From assembly GCA_021845905.1 (NCBI GenBank), contig JAJZVA010000011.1, positions 20,682-84,681 of the forward strand: a DNA stretch of 64,000 bases, read 5' to 3'. Position numbers and translations under genes: made by a program. The stretch comes from Pseudomonadota bacterium. Its GTDB lineage: Bacteria; Pseudomonadota; Alphaproteobacteria; Micavibrionales; UBA2020. Positions within the stretch are counted from its first letter, which is position 1; every line of letters starts with the position of its first letter. The notes below the pieces were generated by a model. The model saw nothing but the letters and a program-made list of their open reading frames with translations. It did no database searches and had not been told where the DNA came from. Positions 8,833 through 18,566 of this stretch are shown here, one piece after another.

Positions 8833-10359
8833 TCAGTTTTTGGCAGCCTTCGATACGACGGCAACGATCGAATCTCTGCTGGACATGGCCGCGGTAAGTT
8901 GGTCGACCGTGCCTTCCTGGGTAATGACGTTGAACTTTCCCTGCCCCGCAACAAAAAGAATAGCGGCGGCGGCATTGTTCTTGCCGTCAATGCAAGTGAC
9001 ATCCGCCTTCAATACTTTGAAGGCACCGGCATTTTCAGCCCCGTATACTTTTTTCGCATATTCCCCGGCACAGAGCGCCGCAGTTTTCTTTAAATACTTT
9101 CCCGCCATCATTTTCAGGCTTGCGCCAGAAGACATGGTCAGTTGTTGCGCCGAACCGAAAAGGCTGCCTGACGACCAATGGAGCGCATCACGATCTGATG
9201 ACGCTTTTATCTCGGCACCAGAGGCAACATGCGCGGTTTCCAGCAACTCCTTCAAATAAGCATTGCCCGAAACAACCTGCGGCGCGGCAGGCGTCGCAAC
9301 CGGTTCTTGTTTTGGCTGTACCGGAGCCGGAACAGCTTGCGAAGCGACGCTTTGAGGAACGACCGGCGTGGAAACAGGCTTCTGTGCTTGCGGCAACGCG
9401 GCGGCGGAGGTGAGCAAAACAGGCGCCGGCATCGGCGGCGGCGGGGCAATGGCGGAAGATAGCGGAGGAACAGTGGCAGGAGCCGCTTTGGCAACAACGG
9501 CAGGTGCAGGAGCCGACTCGGGTGCAGAAACCGCAGGTGCCGGCTTGGAGGCAACGGAAGGCGCGACGGAAGCTTTTGCCACGGGCGCTTTCAAAGCAAC
9601 GGGCGGCGCGGTAACGACAGGCGCGGCAACAGCTTCAACCGGCGCAACAGGCGCACTTGGCGCAGGAGTGGGGTTCGTCAGTTGCAGAACCTGCTTTGCG
9701 ATTTGCGCTTTCGCCTCATTTTCAGGTGAAGGCGCATTCACGCCCTTCGCCGCCGCCTGTTCTTGCGGCGCTGGCATTTTCGGAGTAGCGCGCGTCAGCT
9801 TTTCCCGCCGCGCAAGCGGAATTGTCATGGCGGAGAACGCCGCGCCGTTTTGCAGTGCGTCCGCGCAATGGCCGAGCGCCGTCAGCCCGTCCGCGACACT
9901 GGCGTTGAGATCGAACGCGTATCTTCTGTGGCTCACGGAAAACGAAATCTCATGGCTGGCAGAGATGGCGTTATATAAAGCCGTATCTACGCCGGTTTCC
10001 ATGACAAGTATCTGCGATGATGCGGCAAGAGCGACAAGGCGGCGCGTCGCGTGCCCGGCGCGAACCAAAACGCTGTAGCGACGATTCCCGCGAAAGAGGT
10101 TCCTGTTGAGGTTCACGGCGACGGAATTATTGCCCTGATTGTCGCGGGCGAAAACGATGGTCCGGCCTGCGGCATAGGTGTTTTTCATGGAGCAGTACGT
10201 GACCCCGCCGAGAGACTCGGCCGCGATGGGGCCGACCGCCCACGCCGCCTCCGGATGGAATACAGACGCGGAGGCCCTCGAAACGCAAAAAAACTGCGCA
10301 ATAGCGCACAGGAAAGCCATCGCCGCGACGGGCTTCAGGAAATGCCGTTTGATCATCAT
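8833..10359 (-). CDS. Exported protein of unknown function: N-terminal Cys-bracketed domain, ~170-aa Pro/Ala-rich linker, C-terminal globular domain
   Basis: 508-aa ORF with a signal peptide (AMAFLCAIAQFFCVSRASA). Its N-domain is paralogous to that of the upstream gene 10397-12040. It starts 37 nt after that gene's stop, so the two are probably co-transcribed. Confidence 0.7.
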   Translation of the reverse strand: MMIKRHFLKPVAAMAFLCAIAQFFCVSRASASVFHPEAAWAVGPIAAESLGGVTYCSMKNTYAAGRTIVFARDNQGNNSVAVNLNRNLFRGNRRYSVLVRAGHATRRLVALAASSQILVMETGVDTALYNAISASHEISFSVSHRRYAFDLNASVADGLTALGHCADALQNGAAFSAMTIPLARREKLTRATPKMPAPQEQAAAKGVNAPSPENEAKAQIAKQVLQLTNPTPAPSAPVAPVEAVAAPVVTAPPVALKAPVAKASVAPSVASKPAPAVSAPESAPAPAVVAKAAPATVPPLSSAIAPPPPMPAPVLLTSAAALPQAQKPVSTPVVPQSVASQAVPAPVQPKQEPVATPAAPQVVSGNAYLKELLETAHVASGAEIKASSDRDALHWSSGSLFGSAQQLTMSSGASLKMMAGKYLKKTAALCAGEYAKKVYGAENAGAFKVLKADVTCIDGKNNAAAAILFVAGQGKFNVITQEGTVDQLTAAMSSRDSIVAVVSKAAKN

Positions 10360-10396
10360 TAAGCCACTTATACTCTATTAAAACAGTTAAACGCCG

Positions 10397-12040
10397 TTAC
10401 TGGATGATAACCGTCTTCCAGTTCGCCAAGGGATCGGCGGCGCTGGCGGCCCCGGCGTCGGATGCATTCAGCACAGATACGCCGGGAGACAGACCGTTTT
10501 GCCCTTGGGACGTGGGCACTATAGCAGGCGCGTGGCTGTTTTTGCTACTGGAAATATCGTGCCTGTCGTTTCCATGGTGAAACAAAGAGAATGGAAAAAA
10601 CGAGAAAATACCCGACGACTTGGCCGATTTATGTGAGAGCGTCGTATCAGTGCCGCCATTCTGGCTGTTACTGCCTTGTGAAAACCCGTCCGCAACAGGC
10701 GGCTGCTCAACAAGCGGGGTTGGCGGCAAATTCACCGATGATATTCCGGAAACACCAACTGACTGAATACTCTTATTGTTTATGTCAATACTTGAAGGAT
10801 TCACAACGGCTTGCGCTTCTGCTGACGTGACCTTGCTCTCCAGCCCTGCAATCTTCGCGCGCGCCTTGCTGAGCTGTTCTTGCAAATTGCGGAATGCCGT
10901 CTCGTTTTTCTGCGTTTGAGAAGCCATCTGGCTGGTCAGGTTCTTTTTCTCCAGCTCGACAGCCACCAGCCGCTCCTGTGTCTGCGCAAGTTGCTGACGG
11001 ATAAAGGCAAGGTCGGCTTCGTCCTGCGTCTCCTGATCCCGGGCGGATTTCGCCGTTGCTTCCGCGACGATGAATTTTCTCTCTATGTCGTTATACTGCG
11101 CAGATTTCATCTTCAACTGCGCCTTCAGAGCCTTCACCTGATCGGCGTTCTCCTGCCGCAGGCTGGCAAGTTCGCTCTTCACTTCCTTCAGCGCCTTGCT
11201 GTTTTTTTCGGAGAGCGAACGGGCGGACATCAAATCCTTTTCTTTGCCCTGCAACGCCACTTGCAAAAGCTGGTACTGCTTGTTCTGCATATCAAGACGC
11301 GTGGCGAGCTTGCTTTTCTCCGTTTGCAGGATGCCGATTTTGTCGCCAAGCCCCGTCTCGTCCCGCCGCGCGCGCGCAAGTCTGTTTTGAGCTTCGCTGG
11401 CTGCTTTCGTCAGCTGCCGTGCCGCAGCGTTGCCAGAGGGAACGTGCGCAGCGCCGCCCGACAAGGCCGTTGCGGAAACGGGTTGCACGGGCACGGCCGC
11501 CGTCCGCGGACCATCGTCATGGTGCAACTGGTCGGCGCAACTGATCAGCGATATGTAGGAGCCTGCAAAGCGGCTGAGATCAAACCGCATGTCCATCGTC
11601 GGCAACGATATGCGCAAGGTTCCGTCGCCCGCAAGCGCCTTGTAAAAAGCGCTGTCGCGCCCGATCTGCACGATCAGCGAACGCGCGCTGATCGCATGCA
11701 CGTTATATTGGCGCACGCGCCCGTCATCGACTTGCAGGGCAAGCTGGTAGATTTTTCCCGCCTCCAGAATATCGCCCGGGAAATCGATGGCGAGAGAACC
11801 GTATCCTTCGGGACTGCGCGCGAAGGCAAGCGATATCTGCTTGCTGAACGTATCGGCCATGGCGCAATAACGCGCATGAGGCACATAGATGGCATTGACT
11901 CGCCAACCGCTTGCCGGGCGCAGCAACCCCATGTCCGTCACAGATGGCGAAAACTCGAAAGCGTGCGAAGGCGTTGCCGACGCGAGCAAACATGCGCCCG
12001 TCAACAGTGCGGACAGAAATCCTGCCTTCGAATAACGCAT
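10397..12040 (-). CDS. Exported coiled-coil protein of unknown function with an N-terminal domain paralogous to 8833-10359
   Basis: 547-aa ORF with a signal peptide (LLTGACLLASATPSHA). N-domain runs YCAMADTF...ISLISCADQL. About 220 aa of heptad-like coiled coil (LQTEKSKLATRLDMQNKQYQLLQ...), then a Ser/Pro/Gly-rich tail. Confidence 0.75.
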   Translation of the reverse strand: MRYSKAGFLSALLTGACLLASATPSHAFEFSPSVTDMGLLRPASGWRVNAIYVPHARYCAMADTFSKQISLAFARSPEGYGSLAIDFPGDILEAGKIYQLALQVDDGRVRQYNVHAISARSLIVQIGRDSAFYKALAGDGTLRISLPTMDMRFDLSRFAGSYISLISCADQLHHDDGPRTAAVPVQPVSATALSGGAAHVPSGNAAARQLTKAASEAQNRLARARRDETGLGDKIGILQTEKSKLATRLDMQNKQYQLLQVALQGKEKDLMSARSLSEKNSKALKEVKSELASLRQENADQVKALKAQLKMKSAQYNDIERKFIVAEATAKSARDQETQDEADLAFIRQQLAQTQERLVAVELEKKNLTSQMASQTQKNETAFRNLQEQLSKARAKIAGLESKVTSAEAQAVVNPSSIDINNKSIQSVGVSGISSVNLPPTPLVEQPPVADGFSQGSNSQNGGTDTTLSHKSAKSSGIFSFFPFSLFHHGNDRHDISSSKNSHAPAIVPTSQGQNGLSPGVSVLNASDAGAASAADPLANWKTVIIQ

Positions 12041-12128
12041 AATCTTTCCCCCCGGAATGATTAACCCCGTTAAGAGAATCTTATATGTTTTGTTTTTGAG
12101 TGACCAGTATTTTATTGATTCCGTAATA

Positions 12129-12144
12129 TTAAGCGCATTTTAAC
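12129..12144. promoter_or_regulatory. CtrA-box-like motif TTAA-N7-TTAAC
   Basis: Exact match TTAAGCGCATTTTAAC in the divergent intergenic region, about 90 bp upstream of the 10397-12040 start codon. Pattern match only. Confidence 0.35.
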
Positions 12145-12223
12145 GATTGCCGGAGATAATGGACTTCCTCAACGGAAAACTTTCGATTCTTAACAACATT
12201 AACATTGAATGGAGAAAGAAATT

Positions 12224-12808
12224 ATGACGAACTTCAACGCATATGCGCCCGACAACGCGCCCGCACAATCCAGAGAGCTGCTTGGCCACTGGCAGGAAAA
12301 AATGGGTTTCGTTCCGAACGCCGTCGGCATTATGGCTGAATCTCCCGCTCTCCTCAAAGGTTACGCCGAATTGCGCGACGCCTACGCGAACGGCCTGTTT
12401 TCTCCGACCGAGCGCGCCATCATCCACATGACAGTCAGCAGCCTCAACGGTAGCGAATACTGCATCGCGATGAAATCCGCCTGGTGCGAAAAATCCGGCG
12501 TTTCGAAAGATATCGTCAATGCCCTGCGCGATGAGCGCCCGCTGAAAGAACCGAAGCTTGAAGCCTTGCGTCTTTTTGTCATGGCCGTCATGAAAAAGAT
12601 GGGGCGCACAGATGCACGCGATCTCGACGCGTTCTACAAGGCCGGCTATTCCAAAGCGCATGTGATGGAAGTCATCCTCGGCGTGTCGCTCGGCACGATC
12701 GGCAACCTTGTCAACCATATCGCGCAACCCGAACTCGACAAGGCCTTCCAGCCGCACCGCATCGATCTCGGCAAGAGAAAAGACGCACGCTCCTCGCACG
12801 CGGCTTAA
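12224..12808 (+). CDS. Carboxymuconolactone decarboxylase (AhpD-like) family protein
   Basis: CMD/AhpD-like sequence (ERAIIHMTVSSLNGSEYCIAMKSAW). ATG at 12224 is preceded by a GGAGAAAG SD. Confidence 0.8.
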   Translation: MTNFNAYAPDNAPAQSRELLGHWQEKMGFVPNAVGIMAESPALLKGYAELRDAYANGLFSPTERAIIHMTVSSLNGSEYCIAMKSAWCEKSGVSKDIVNALRDERPLKEPKLEALRLFVMAVMKKMGRTDARDLDAFYKAGYSKAHVMEVILGVSLGTIGNLVNHIAQPELDKAFQPHRIDLGKRKDARSSHAA

Positions 12809-12828
12809 GAGACTACGTTTAAACAAAG

Positions 12829-12867
12829 ACAGGGCGGCGTTTTCAGGGGCGCCGCCCTGTTCTTTTT
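12829..12867. terminator. Bidirectional rho-independent terminator between convergent genes
   Basis: 11-bp perfect stem ACAGGGCGGCG / CGCCGCCCTGT with a 10-nt loop. Flanked by an A-rich run on the left and TCTTTTT on the right. Confidence 0.75.
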
Positions 12868-13207
12868 ATGAACCTCTATACGTGCTGTAACCGTAGGGTG
12901 AAACCAGCAGCGGCACATGATAATGCGCCTTGGCGTCGGCGATGCCGAAATCGATCGTCACCACGTCCAGAAACGGCGTTTTGGGCAATTTTGCCCCTTT
13001 GGTTTTGAAATAGGCGGCGGTCGAAAATTCAAGCCTGTATTTTCCGGCTTTGAAATCCCTACCCTCCAGCAACGGCGCGGCGACGCGGCCATCGGCGTTG
13101 GTTTTCGCTTTCAAAAGCAGCTTGCCTCCCCTGTAAAGGCGCAAGATCATGCCTTTGGCGGGGCATCCGTTGGCCGTGTCCAAAACGTGCGTTGTCAGCT
13201 TGCCCAT
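12866..13207 (-). CDS. uraH: 5-hydroxyisourate hydrolase (transthyretin-like)
   Basis: 113-aa ORF. Starts LTTHVLDTANG, has an HYHVPLLVSPYGYSTYRGS C-terminus with the diagnostic YRGS end. Confidence 0.9.
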   Translation of the reverse strand: MGKLTTHVLDTANGCPAKGMILRLYRGGKLLLKAKTNADGRVAAPLLEGRDFKAGKYRLEFSTAAYFKTKGAKLPKTPFLDVVTIDFGIADAKAHYHVPLLVSPYGYSTYRGS

Positions 13208-13250
13208 TTTTTGGCTCCTTGCTACTCTTAGGCGTTATTATAGGGCGTCC

Positions 13251-14144
13251 ATGAAAAAAAGCACCATCAAAGATCCGCGCAATTATGTCGGCTACGGCGA
13301 AAACCCGCCCGACCCCCAATGGCCGAACGGCGCTCGCATCGCCGTGCAGTTCGTGATGAACTACGAGGAAGGCGGCGAAAACACCGTTCTCAACGGCGAC
13401 GACGGATCTGAAGTCTTTTTGTCCGAGATCATCAACGCCGCCAAGGTCGAAGGCGCGCGGCATATCTGCATGGAGAATCTTTACGAATACGGCTCCCGCG
13501 CCGGCGTATGGCGGCTACTGCGTTTGTTCCGCAAGCACAAGATTCCCGTCACGATCTACGCCGTGGCGCTGGCTTTGGAAAAATATCCCGACATCGCCAA
13601 GGCCTTCCTCCGCGACGGGCACGAAATCGCCTCGCACGGCTACCGCTGGATCAACTATCAGGACGTGCCGGAAAACATCGAGCGCGAACACATGCAAAAA
13701 GCGGTCGAGATCATCACCCGCATCACCGGTGAACGTCCGCTCGGCTGGTACACCGGCCGCACCAGCCCCAACACGCGTAAACTCGTCAAGCAAGTCGGCG
13801 GGTTTTTATACGACGCCGACGATTACAGCGACGACCTGCCATGGTGGGATGAAAAACAGCTGATCGTCCCCTACACGCTCGACACCAACGACATGCGCTT
13901 TGCCACGGCGCAGGGGTTCAATTCCGGCGAGCAGTTCGCAACTTACCTGAAAGACGCGTTCGACACGCTCTATGAAGAAGGCGGGCGTATGATGTCGGTC
14001 GGTCTGCACTGCCGCATCGCTGGGCGTCCGGCGCGCGCCGCGGCGCTGGAACGCTTCATCGAATACATCAAAGGACATGACAAAGTCTGGATCTGCCGCC
14101 GCATCGACATCGCGCGGCACTGGCATGAGCATCATGCGCGATAA
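13251..14144 (+). CDS. puuE: Allantoinase PuuE (polysaccharide-deacetylase fold)
   Basis: PuuE-like N-terminus (RNYVGYGENPPDPQWPNGARIAVQFVMNYEEGGE) and a deacetylase-fold core. ATG at 13251 is chosen over the 13149 ORF start, which overlaps uraH. Confidence 0.85.
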   Translation: MKKSTIKDPRNYVGYGENPPDPQWPNGARIAVQFVMNYEEGGENTVLNGDDGSEVFLSEIINAAKVEGARHICMENLYEYGSRAGVWRLLRLFRKHKIPVTIYAVALALEKYPDIAKAFLRDGHEIASHGYRWINYQDVPENIEREHMQKAVEIITRITGERPLGWYTGRTSPNTRKLVKQVGGFLYDADDYSDDLPWWDEKQLIVPYTLDTNDMRFATAQGFNSGEQFATYLKDAFDTLYEEGGRMMSVGLHCRIAGRPARAAALERFIEYIKGHDKVWICRRIDIARHWHEHHAR

Positions 14145-14604
14145 AACCGCGTTCATTAAAAAATACGGCGGCGTTTACGAGCATTCACCGTGGATTGCGG
14201 AAGCCGCTTTTGACGCAAACGCGAAAACACCGGCACAAATCAAAGAGGCCATGAAAGCCGCCGTGGAGGCCGCTCCACACGACAAACAACTCGCCCTCAT
14301 CCGCGCCCACCCCGATCTGGCCGTGGCGCAGGGACTCACCGCCGCCTCGACCTCGGAGCAGGCAGGCGCGGGATTGAACCAGTGCACGCCGCAAGAACTG
14401 GCTGAATTTCAAAAGCTGAACGCGGAGTATAAAGAAAAATTCGGCTTCCCGTTTATCGTCGCCGTGCGCGGGTTGCAACGTGCAGAGATCCTCGAACAAT
14501 TCCGCCAGCGCATCAATAACAACACGGAAACGGAATTTTCAACAGCCCTTGTGCAAATCCATAAAATCGCAGGCTTCCGGTTATCGGCAATTTATTCTTC
14601 TTGA
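14134..14604 (+). CDS. uraD: 2-oxo-4-hydroxy-4-carboxy-5-ureidoimidazoline (OHCU) decarboxylase
   Basis: OHCU decarboxylase-like sequence (YGGVYEHSPWIAE...LIRAHPDL...FGFPFIVAVRG). The start is ambiguous between 14125 and 14134; both overlap the puuE stop. Confidence 0.85.
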   Translation: MRDKTAFIKKYGGVYEHSPWIAEAAFDANAKTPAQIKEAMKAAVEAAPHDKQLALIRAHPDLAVAQGLTAASTSEQAGAGLNQCTPQELAEFQKLNAEYKEKFGFPFIVAVRGLQRAEILEQFRQRINNNTETEFSTALVQIHKIAGFRLSAIYSS

Positions 14605-14636
14605 GACAATGCCCACAACGTCTTATCCTTGATAAT

Positions 14637-15272
14637 ATGAGGAATAAGCGTACATATTCCATACAGGATCTCGGCCTGACACGCCGCGAAACAAACATCC
14701 TGCAAGGCCTCAAAACCCCCGAACAAATACAGGACTACGTCAGCCGCCTCAAAAACAACGAAGAGCCTGACGGCGATACCTGCCTTTCGGTGCGGCAAGT
14801 CCTGCGCAAAAAACACGCGCATTGCATCGAGGGCGCGTTTGTCGCCGCAACGGCGCTGTGGATGCAGGGTTATCCGCCATTGCTGATGGACATGAAAGCG
14901 AAAAACGACGACGATCATGTGGTCGCACTTGTCCGCCGCGGGCGCTACTGGGGCGCGGTTTCAAAAAGCAACCACGTCTGGCTCCGCTGGCGCGACCCGG
15001 TTTACCGTTCCTTGCGCGAACTGGCGATGTCATACCTGCACGGTTATGTTTCCGCCCGCAATCATATCGCGCTACGCTCCTATTCGCGTCCGTTCGACCT
15101 GAGAAAGCGCGACCCTGCGCAATGGGCCACGAACGAAGATTCCTGCTGGGATCTCGCGTGGGACCTCGACCAGTCGCGTCATTACGATCTCGTGACGCCG
15201 GAACAGGCGCGCAAGCTCCGCCCGCACGACAAGGTGCAGCTCCGCGCCGGTGAGATCATCGAACACCCCTGA
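14637..15272 (+). CDS. Hypothetical protein, transglutaminase/papain-like Cys-His core suspected
   Basis: 211 aa from the ATG at 14637. AHCIEGAFVAATALW followed by DDDHVVALV resembles the Cys...His arrangement of transglutaminase-like folds. No further support. Confidence 0.45.
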   Translation: MRNKRTYSIQDLGLTRRETNILQGLKTPEQIQDYVSRLKNNEEPDGDTCLSVRQVLRKKHAHCIEGAFVAATALWMQGYPPLLMDMKAKNDDDHVVALVRRGRYWGAVSKSNHVWLRWRDPVYRSLRELAMSYLHGYVSARNHIALRSYSRPFDLRKRDPAQWATNEDSCWDLAWDLDQSRHYDLVTPEQARKLRPHDKVQLRAGEIIEHP

Positions 15273-15278
15273 ATAAAA

Positions 15279-16190
15279 TCAGCCTAAATGCGGCACTGTC
15301 AGCTCGTTCTGGCGGCAGGCTGCGATCAGCGTATTGCCGAGCAGGCAGGCGACGGTCATTGGCCCCGCGCCGCCGGGCACCGGCGTGATATGGCCGGCGA
15401 CTTTCGACGCGGATTCGAAATCGACGTCGCCGGAAAGCTTGCCGTCCGCACCGCGGTTAATGCCGACGTCGACGACGATCGCGCCCGGCTTGATCCAGTC
15501 GCCTTTCACGAAACCCGATTTGCCGACGGCGGCGACGAGAATATCCGCCTCGCGCGCGATGTGCGGCAGGTTCTGCGTGCGCGAATGGCACATGGTCACC
15601 GTACAGTTCTCGCGGAGCAGAAGCTGCGCCACCGGCTTGCCGACGAGATTGGAGCGTCCGATAACGACGGCATGCAACCCCGTCAGGTTCTTTTCAACTT
15701 CCTTGATCATCATGGCGCAGCCGAGCGGCGTGCAGGGCACAAGCCCCGGAAGGCCTGCCATCAGGCGCCCCATGTTCGCGATCGTCAGCCCGTCAACATC
15801 TTTCGCCGGATCGATCTCCTTCAAAACCGTGTCGGCGTCGATCTGCTTCGGAAGCGGCAACTGCACGAGAATGCCGTGGACTTTCTTTTGCTGATTGAGC
15901 GTTTTGACAAGCTTCAGCACTTCATCCTGCGAGGTCGACTTCGGCAAGATATGAACGAAGCTGCGCATCCCCGCCTGCTCCGCCGCTTTTTTCTTCGATG
16001 CGACGTAGACCTGACTGGCCGGATCGTCCCCCACCAGCACGACGGCAAGGCCGGGCATGATCTTGTGGTCATCCACCAGCACGGAAACGTGGTGCGCGAT
16101 GGACTCACGGAGCCTCCCGGCGAGTGTTTTTCCGTCGATTATCTTCGCTTCAGCTTCATTTCGCTTTTTTTGCACCATCTGCATTTTCAC
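15279..16190 (-). CDS. folD: Bifunctional methylenetetrahydrofolate dehydrogenase/cyclohydrolase
   Basis: FolD-like throughout ([55 protein letters not shown]). Start uncertain: GTG at 16190, or ATG at 16184 or 16178. Confidence 0.92.
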   Translation of the reverse strand: MKMQMVQKKRNEAEAKIIDGKTLAGRLRESIAHHVSVLVDDHKIMPGLAVVLVGDDPASQVYVASKKKAAEQAGMRSFVHILPKSTSQDEVLKLVKTLNQQKKVHGILVQLPLPKQIDADTVLKEIDPAKDVDGLTIANMGRLMAGLPGLVPCTPLGCAMMIKEVEKNLTGLHAVVIGRSNLVGKPVAQLLLRENCTVTMCHSRTQNLPHIAREADILVAAVGKSGFVKGDWIKPGAIVVDVGINRGADGKLSGDVDFESASKVAGHITPVPGGAGPMTVACLLGNTLIAACRQNELTVPHLG

Positions 16191-16465
16191 CCCAACAGGC
16201 TGACAAGAAAGTTTTGTACGATATAGATCAGGACGAACATCACCATCGGCGAAAAATCTATCCCCCCCACCGACGGCAGGAACCTGCGGATATAGCGCAG
16301 CCCCGGATCAACCACGCTGTTCAGCATGGCACAGGCTTTATAGACCCATTTGTTGCGCATGTTCAAGACATCGAACGCCACCAGCCAACTGATGATGGCA
16401 CTGGTAATAATCAGCCACAAATAGATGTTCAGCGCCTTTATCAGCAGAATGATGATCAGATCCAT
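16187..16465 (-). CDS. yggT: YggT-family membrane protein
   Basis: 92-aa two-TM protein with a YggT-like sequence ([17 protein letters not shown]...IDFSPMV). Its stop overlaps or abuts the folD start. Confidence 0.85.
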   Translation of the reverse strand: MDLIIILLIKALNIYLWLIITSAIISWLVAFDVLNMRNKWVYKACAMLNSVVDPGLRYIRRFLPSVGGIDFSPMVMFVLIYIVQNFLVSLLG

Positions 16466-16599
16466 AAAAACCTCGCCTGGTTCGTGAAATCACGGAATAT
16501 TTAAGACCGATACTACGAAATTCCCGCTTGCGCGGGAACAGGCGCAATGCAATATTGCGTTTATATTTTCTAACATAAACACGCAAAAAGAGAAGCATT

Positions 16600-17055
16600 A
16601 TGACAGAAGATGACGATATCGCCTATCTCGATCTCAAATCCGGACGCGTGACGATCCGCCTGCGGCCCGACCTCGCGCCGAAGCACGTCGCCCGCATCAA
16701 AGAACTCATCGGCGAAGGCTTTTATGACGGGCTGACATTCCACCGCGTCATCGAAGGTTTCATGGCGCAAACCGGTTGCCCCGAAGGCACGGGCATGGGC
16801 GGCAGCGGCAAAAAGCTCAAAGCGGAATTCACCGACGAACCGTTCGTCCGCGGCACCTGCGGCATGGCGCGCGCGCGCAATCCGGACAGCGGCGACAGCC
16901 AGTTTTTCATCACTTTTGGCGAGACGCCGCATCTCGACGGAGAATATACCGTCTGGGGCGAAGTGGTGGACGGCATGGACCATGTCGACGCGATAGAAAT
17001 CGGCGAACCACCGGAAGAGCCAGACACAATCATCAAATTCTCGCTTGCATCCTGA
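16600..17055 (+). CDS. ppiB: Peptidyl-prolyl cis-trans isomerase (cyclophilin), cytoplasmic
   Basis: Cyclophilin motifs FHRVIEGFMAQTGCP and SQFFITF. No signal peptide. Confidence 0.9.
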   Translation: MTEDDDIAYLDLKSGRVTIRLRPDLAPKHVARIKELIGEGFYDGLTFHRVIEGFMAQTGCPEGTGMGGSGKKLKAEFTDEPFVRGTCGMARARNPDSGDSQFFITFGETPHLDGEYTVWGEVVDGMDHVDAIEIGEPPEEPDTIIKFSLAS

Positions 17056-17078
17056 ACTTTCAAACCATAGGAGACATC

Positions 17079-17642
17079 ATGAAAAAACTTATACTCTCTC
17101 TCGTTCTGGCCTTCGGCATTCTGGCGATATCCGCACAGGCCCAGGCCGCCAAGCTCGACCCGAACAACACGCTTTATCTCAACCTCAAATACGGCCGCGT
17201 CGTCATCCAGATGTTCCCCAAGGTCGCGCCCAAGACCGTCGCGCAAATCAAAACCCTTGTGCGACAGGGCTTCTACAACGGCCTGAAATGGCACCGCGTC
17301 ATCGCGGGCTTCATGGCGCAAACCGGCGACCCGACGGGCACCGGTTGCTGCGGCAGCAGCCTCCCGAACGTGCCTGCGGAGTTCAGCTCGATTCCCTTCA
17401 CCCGCGGCATCGTCGGCATGGCGCGCTCGCAGGATATCAACAGCGGCAACAGCCAGTTCTTCATCATGCTTGACGATACGCCGTCGCTGAACGGGCAATA
17501 TACCGTCTGGGGCAAAGTCGTCTCCGGCATGCAATACGTCGACAAGATCAAAAAAGGCGACCCCAACGACAACGGCAAGGTGGCCGATCCGGATACCATC
17601 ATCTCGATGCAGATCGCCGCAGACGCCGACAAGAAGAAATAA
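17079..17642 (+). CDS. ppiA: Peptidyl-prolyl cis-trans isomerase (cyclophilin), exported
   Basis: Signal peptide MKKLILSLVLAFGILAISAQAQA followed by a cyclophilin core (WHRVIAGFMAQTGDP, SQFFIML). An AGGAGA SD precedes the ATG at 17079. Confidence 0.9.
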   Translation: MKKLILSLVLAFGILAISAQAQAAKLDPNNTLYLNLKYGRVVIQMFPKVAPKTVAQIKTLVRQGFYNGLKWHRVIAGFMAQTGDPTGTGCCGSSLPNVPAEFSSIPFTRGIVGMARSQDINSGNSQFFIMLDDTPSLNGQYTVWGKVVSGMQYVDKIKKGDPNDNGKVADPDTIISMQIAADADKKK

Positions 17643-17678
17643 TACATAATAAAAACGACTTGATTTGCCGTTTATAAG

Positions 17679-17722
17679 CCCCCATGGAAATGCTAGGATA
17701 TTGGCACTCCATGGGGGTTTCT
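17679..17722 (+). terminator. Putative rho-independent terminator after ppiA
   Basis: 10-bp stem CCCCCATGGA / TCCATGGGGG with a 19-nt loop, followed by TTTCT. The loop is long, so confidence is moderate. Confidence 0.5.
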
Positions 17723-17738
17723 ACATGAGGAAGAAAAT

Positions 17739-18488
17739 ATGAAAATTTTAGTGCCGGTCAAACGCGTCGTCGATTACAACGTCAAAATCCGCGTCAAATC
17801 AGACCAGAGCGGCATTGAGCTCGCCAACGTCAAAATGTCGATCAATCCTTTTTGCGCCATCGCGGTCGAAGAAGCGGTGCGCATGAAAGAGCAAGGCATC
17901 GCAACCGAAATCATCGCCGTGAGCATCGGGCCGAGCCAAGCGCAGGAAACCTTGCGCACCGCCCTCGCGATGGGCGCGGACCGCGCCATCCTCGTGCAGA
18001 CGGATGAAAGCGCCGAACCGCTGGCCATCGCCAAAATTCTCAAGTCGATCGTCGACAAGGAAACGCCAGGACTTGTCGTCCTCGGCAAGCAGACGATCGA
18101 CGGAGACAACAATCAAACTGGGCAAATGCTCGCCGCCCTGCTCGGCTGGGGGCAAGGCACTTTCGCCTCCAAGGTCGAAAAAGACGGTGACTCCCTCAAG
18201 ATCACCCGCGAGATCGACGGCGGGCTGGAAACGCTCACGCTGAAACTGCCCTGCATCGTGACCACGGATCTTCGCCTCAACGAGCCGCGCTACGCTTCCC
18301 TGCCCAATATCATGAAGGCCAAGCAAAAGCCGTTGGAAACAAAAACGCCTGCCGATTTTGGCGTGGACATAACCCCCCGCGTTGTAACATTGAAAGTCTC
18401 AGAGCCGCCAAAACGCAAAGCGGGCATCAAGGTCAAGGACGTGAGCGAACTCGTCAACAAACTCAAGAACGAAGCAAAAGTCATATAA
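17739..18488 (+). CDS. etfB: Electron transfer flavoprotein subunit beta
   Basis: 249-aa ORF starting [19 protein letters not shown], EtfB-like throughout. Adjacent to etfA. Confidence 0.92.
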   Translation: MKILVPVKRVVDYNVKIRVKSDQSGIELANVKMSINPFCAIAVEEAVRMKEQGIATEIIAVSIGPSQAQETLRTALAMGADRAILVQTDESAEPLAIAKILKSIVDKETPGLVVLGKQTIDGDNNQTGQMLAALLGWGQGTFASKVEKDGDSLKITREIDGGLETLTLKLPCIVTTDLRLNEPRYASLPNIMKAKQKPLETKTPADFGVDITPRVVTLKVSEPPKRKAGIKVKDVSELVNKLKNEAKVI

Positions 18489-18566
18489 AACCGCCACGCC
18501 GCACTTGTTGCTGCGTCCACGTGGATGCCGGAACGGGTCCGGCATGGTGTACAAGGAGTAAACAAC

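Noticed and set aside
9290-9700. Possible tandem DNA repeats or a contingency locus in the Pro/Ala-rich linker of 8833-10359
   Set aside because: The region is compositionally biased (GC-rich, encoding PA-rich peptide). I could not find exact or phased tandem repeat units, so it is low complexity rather than a repeat array.
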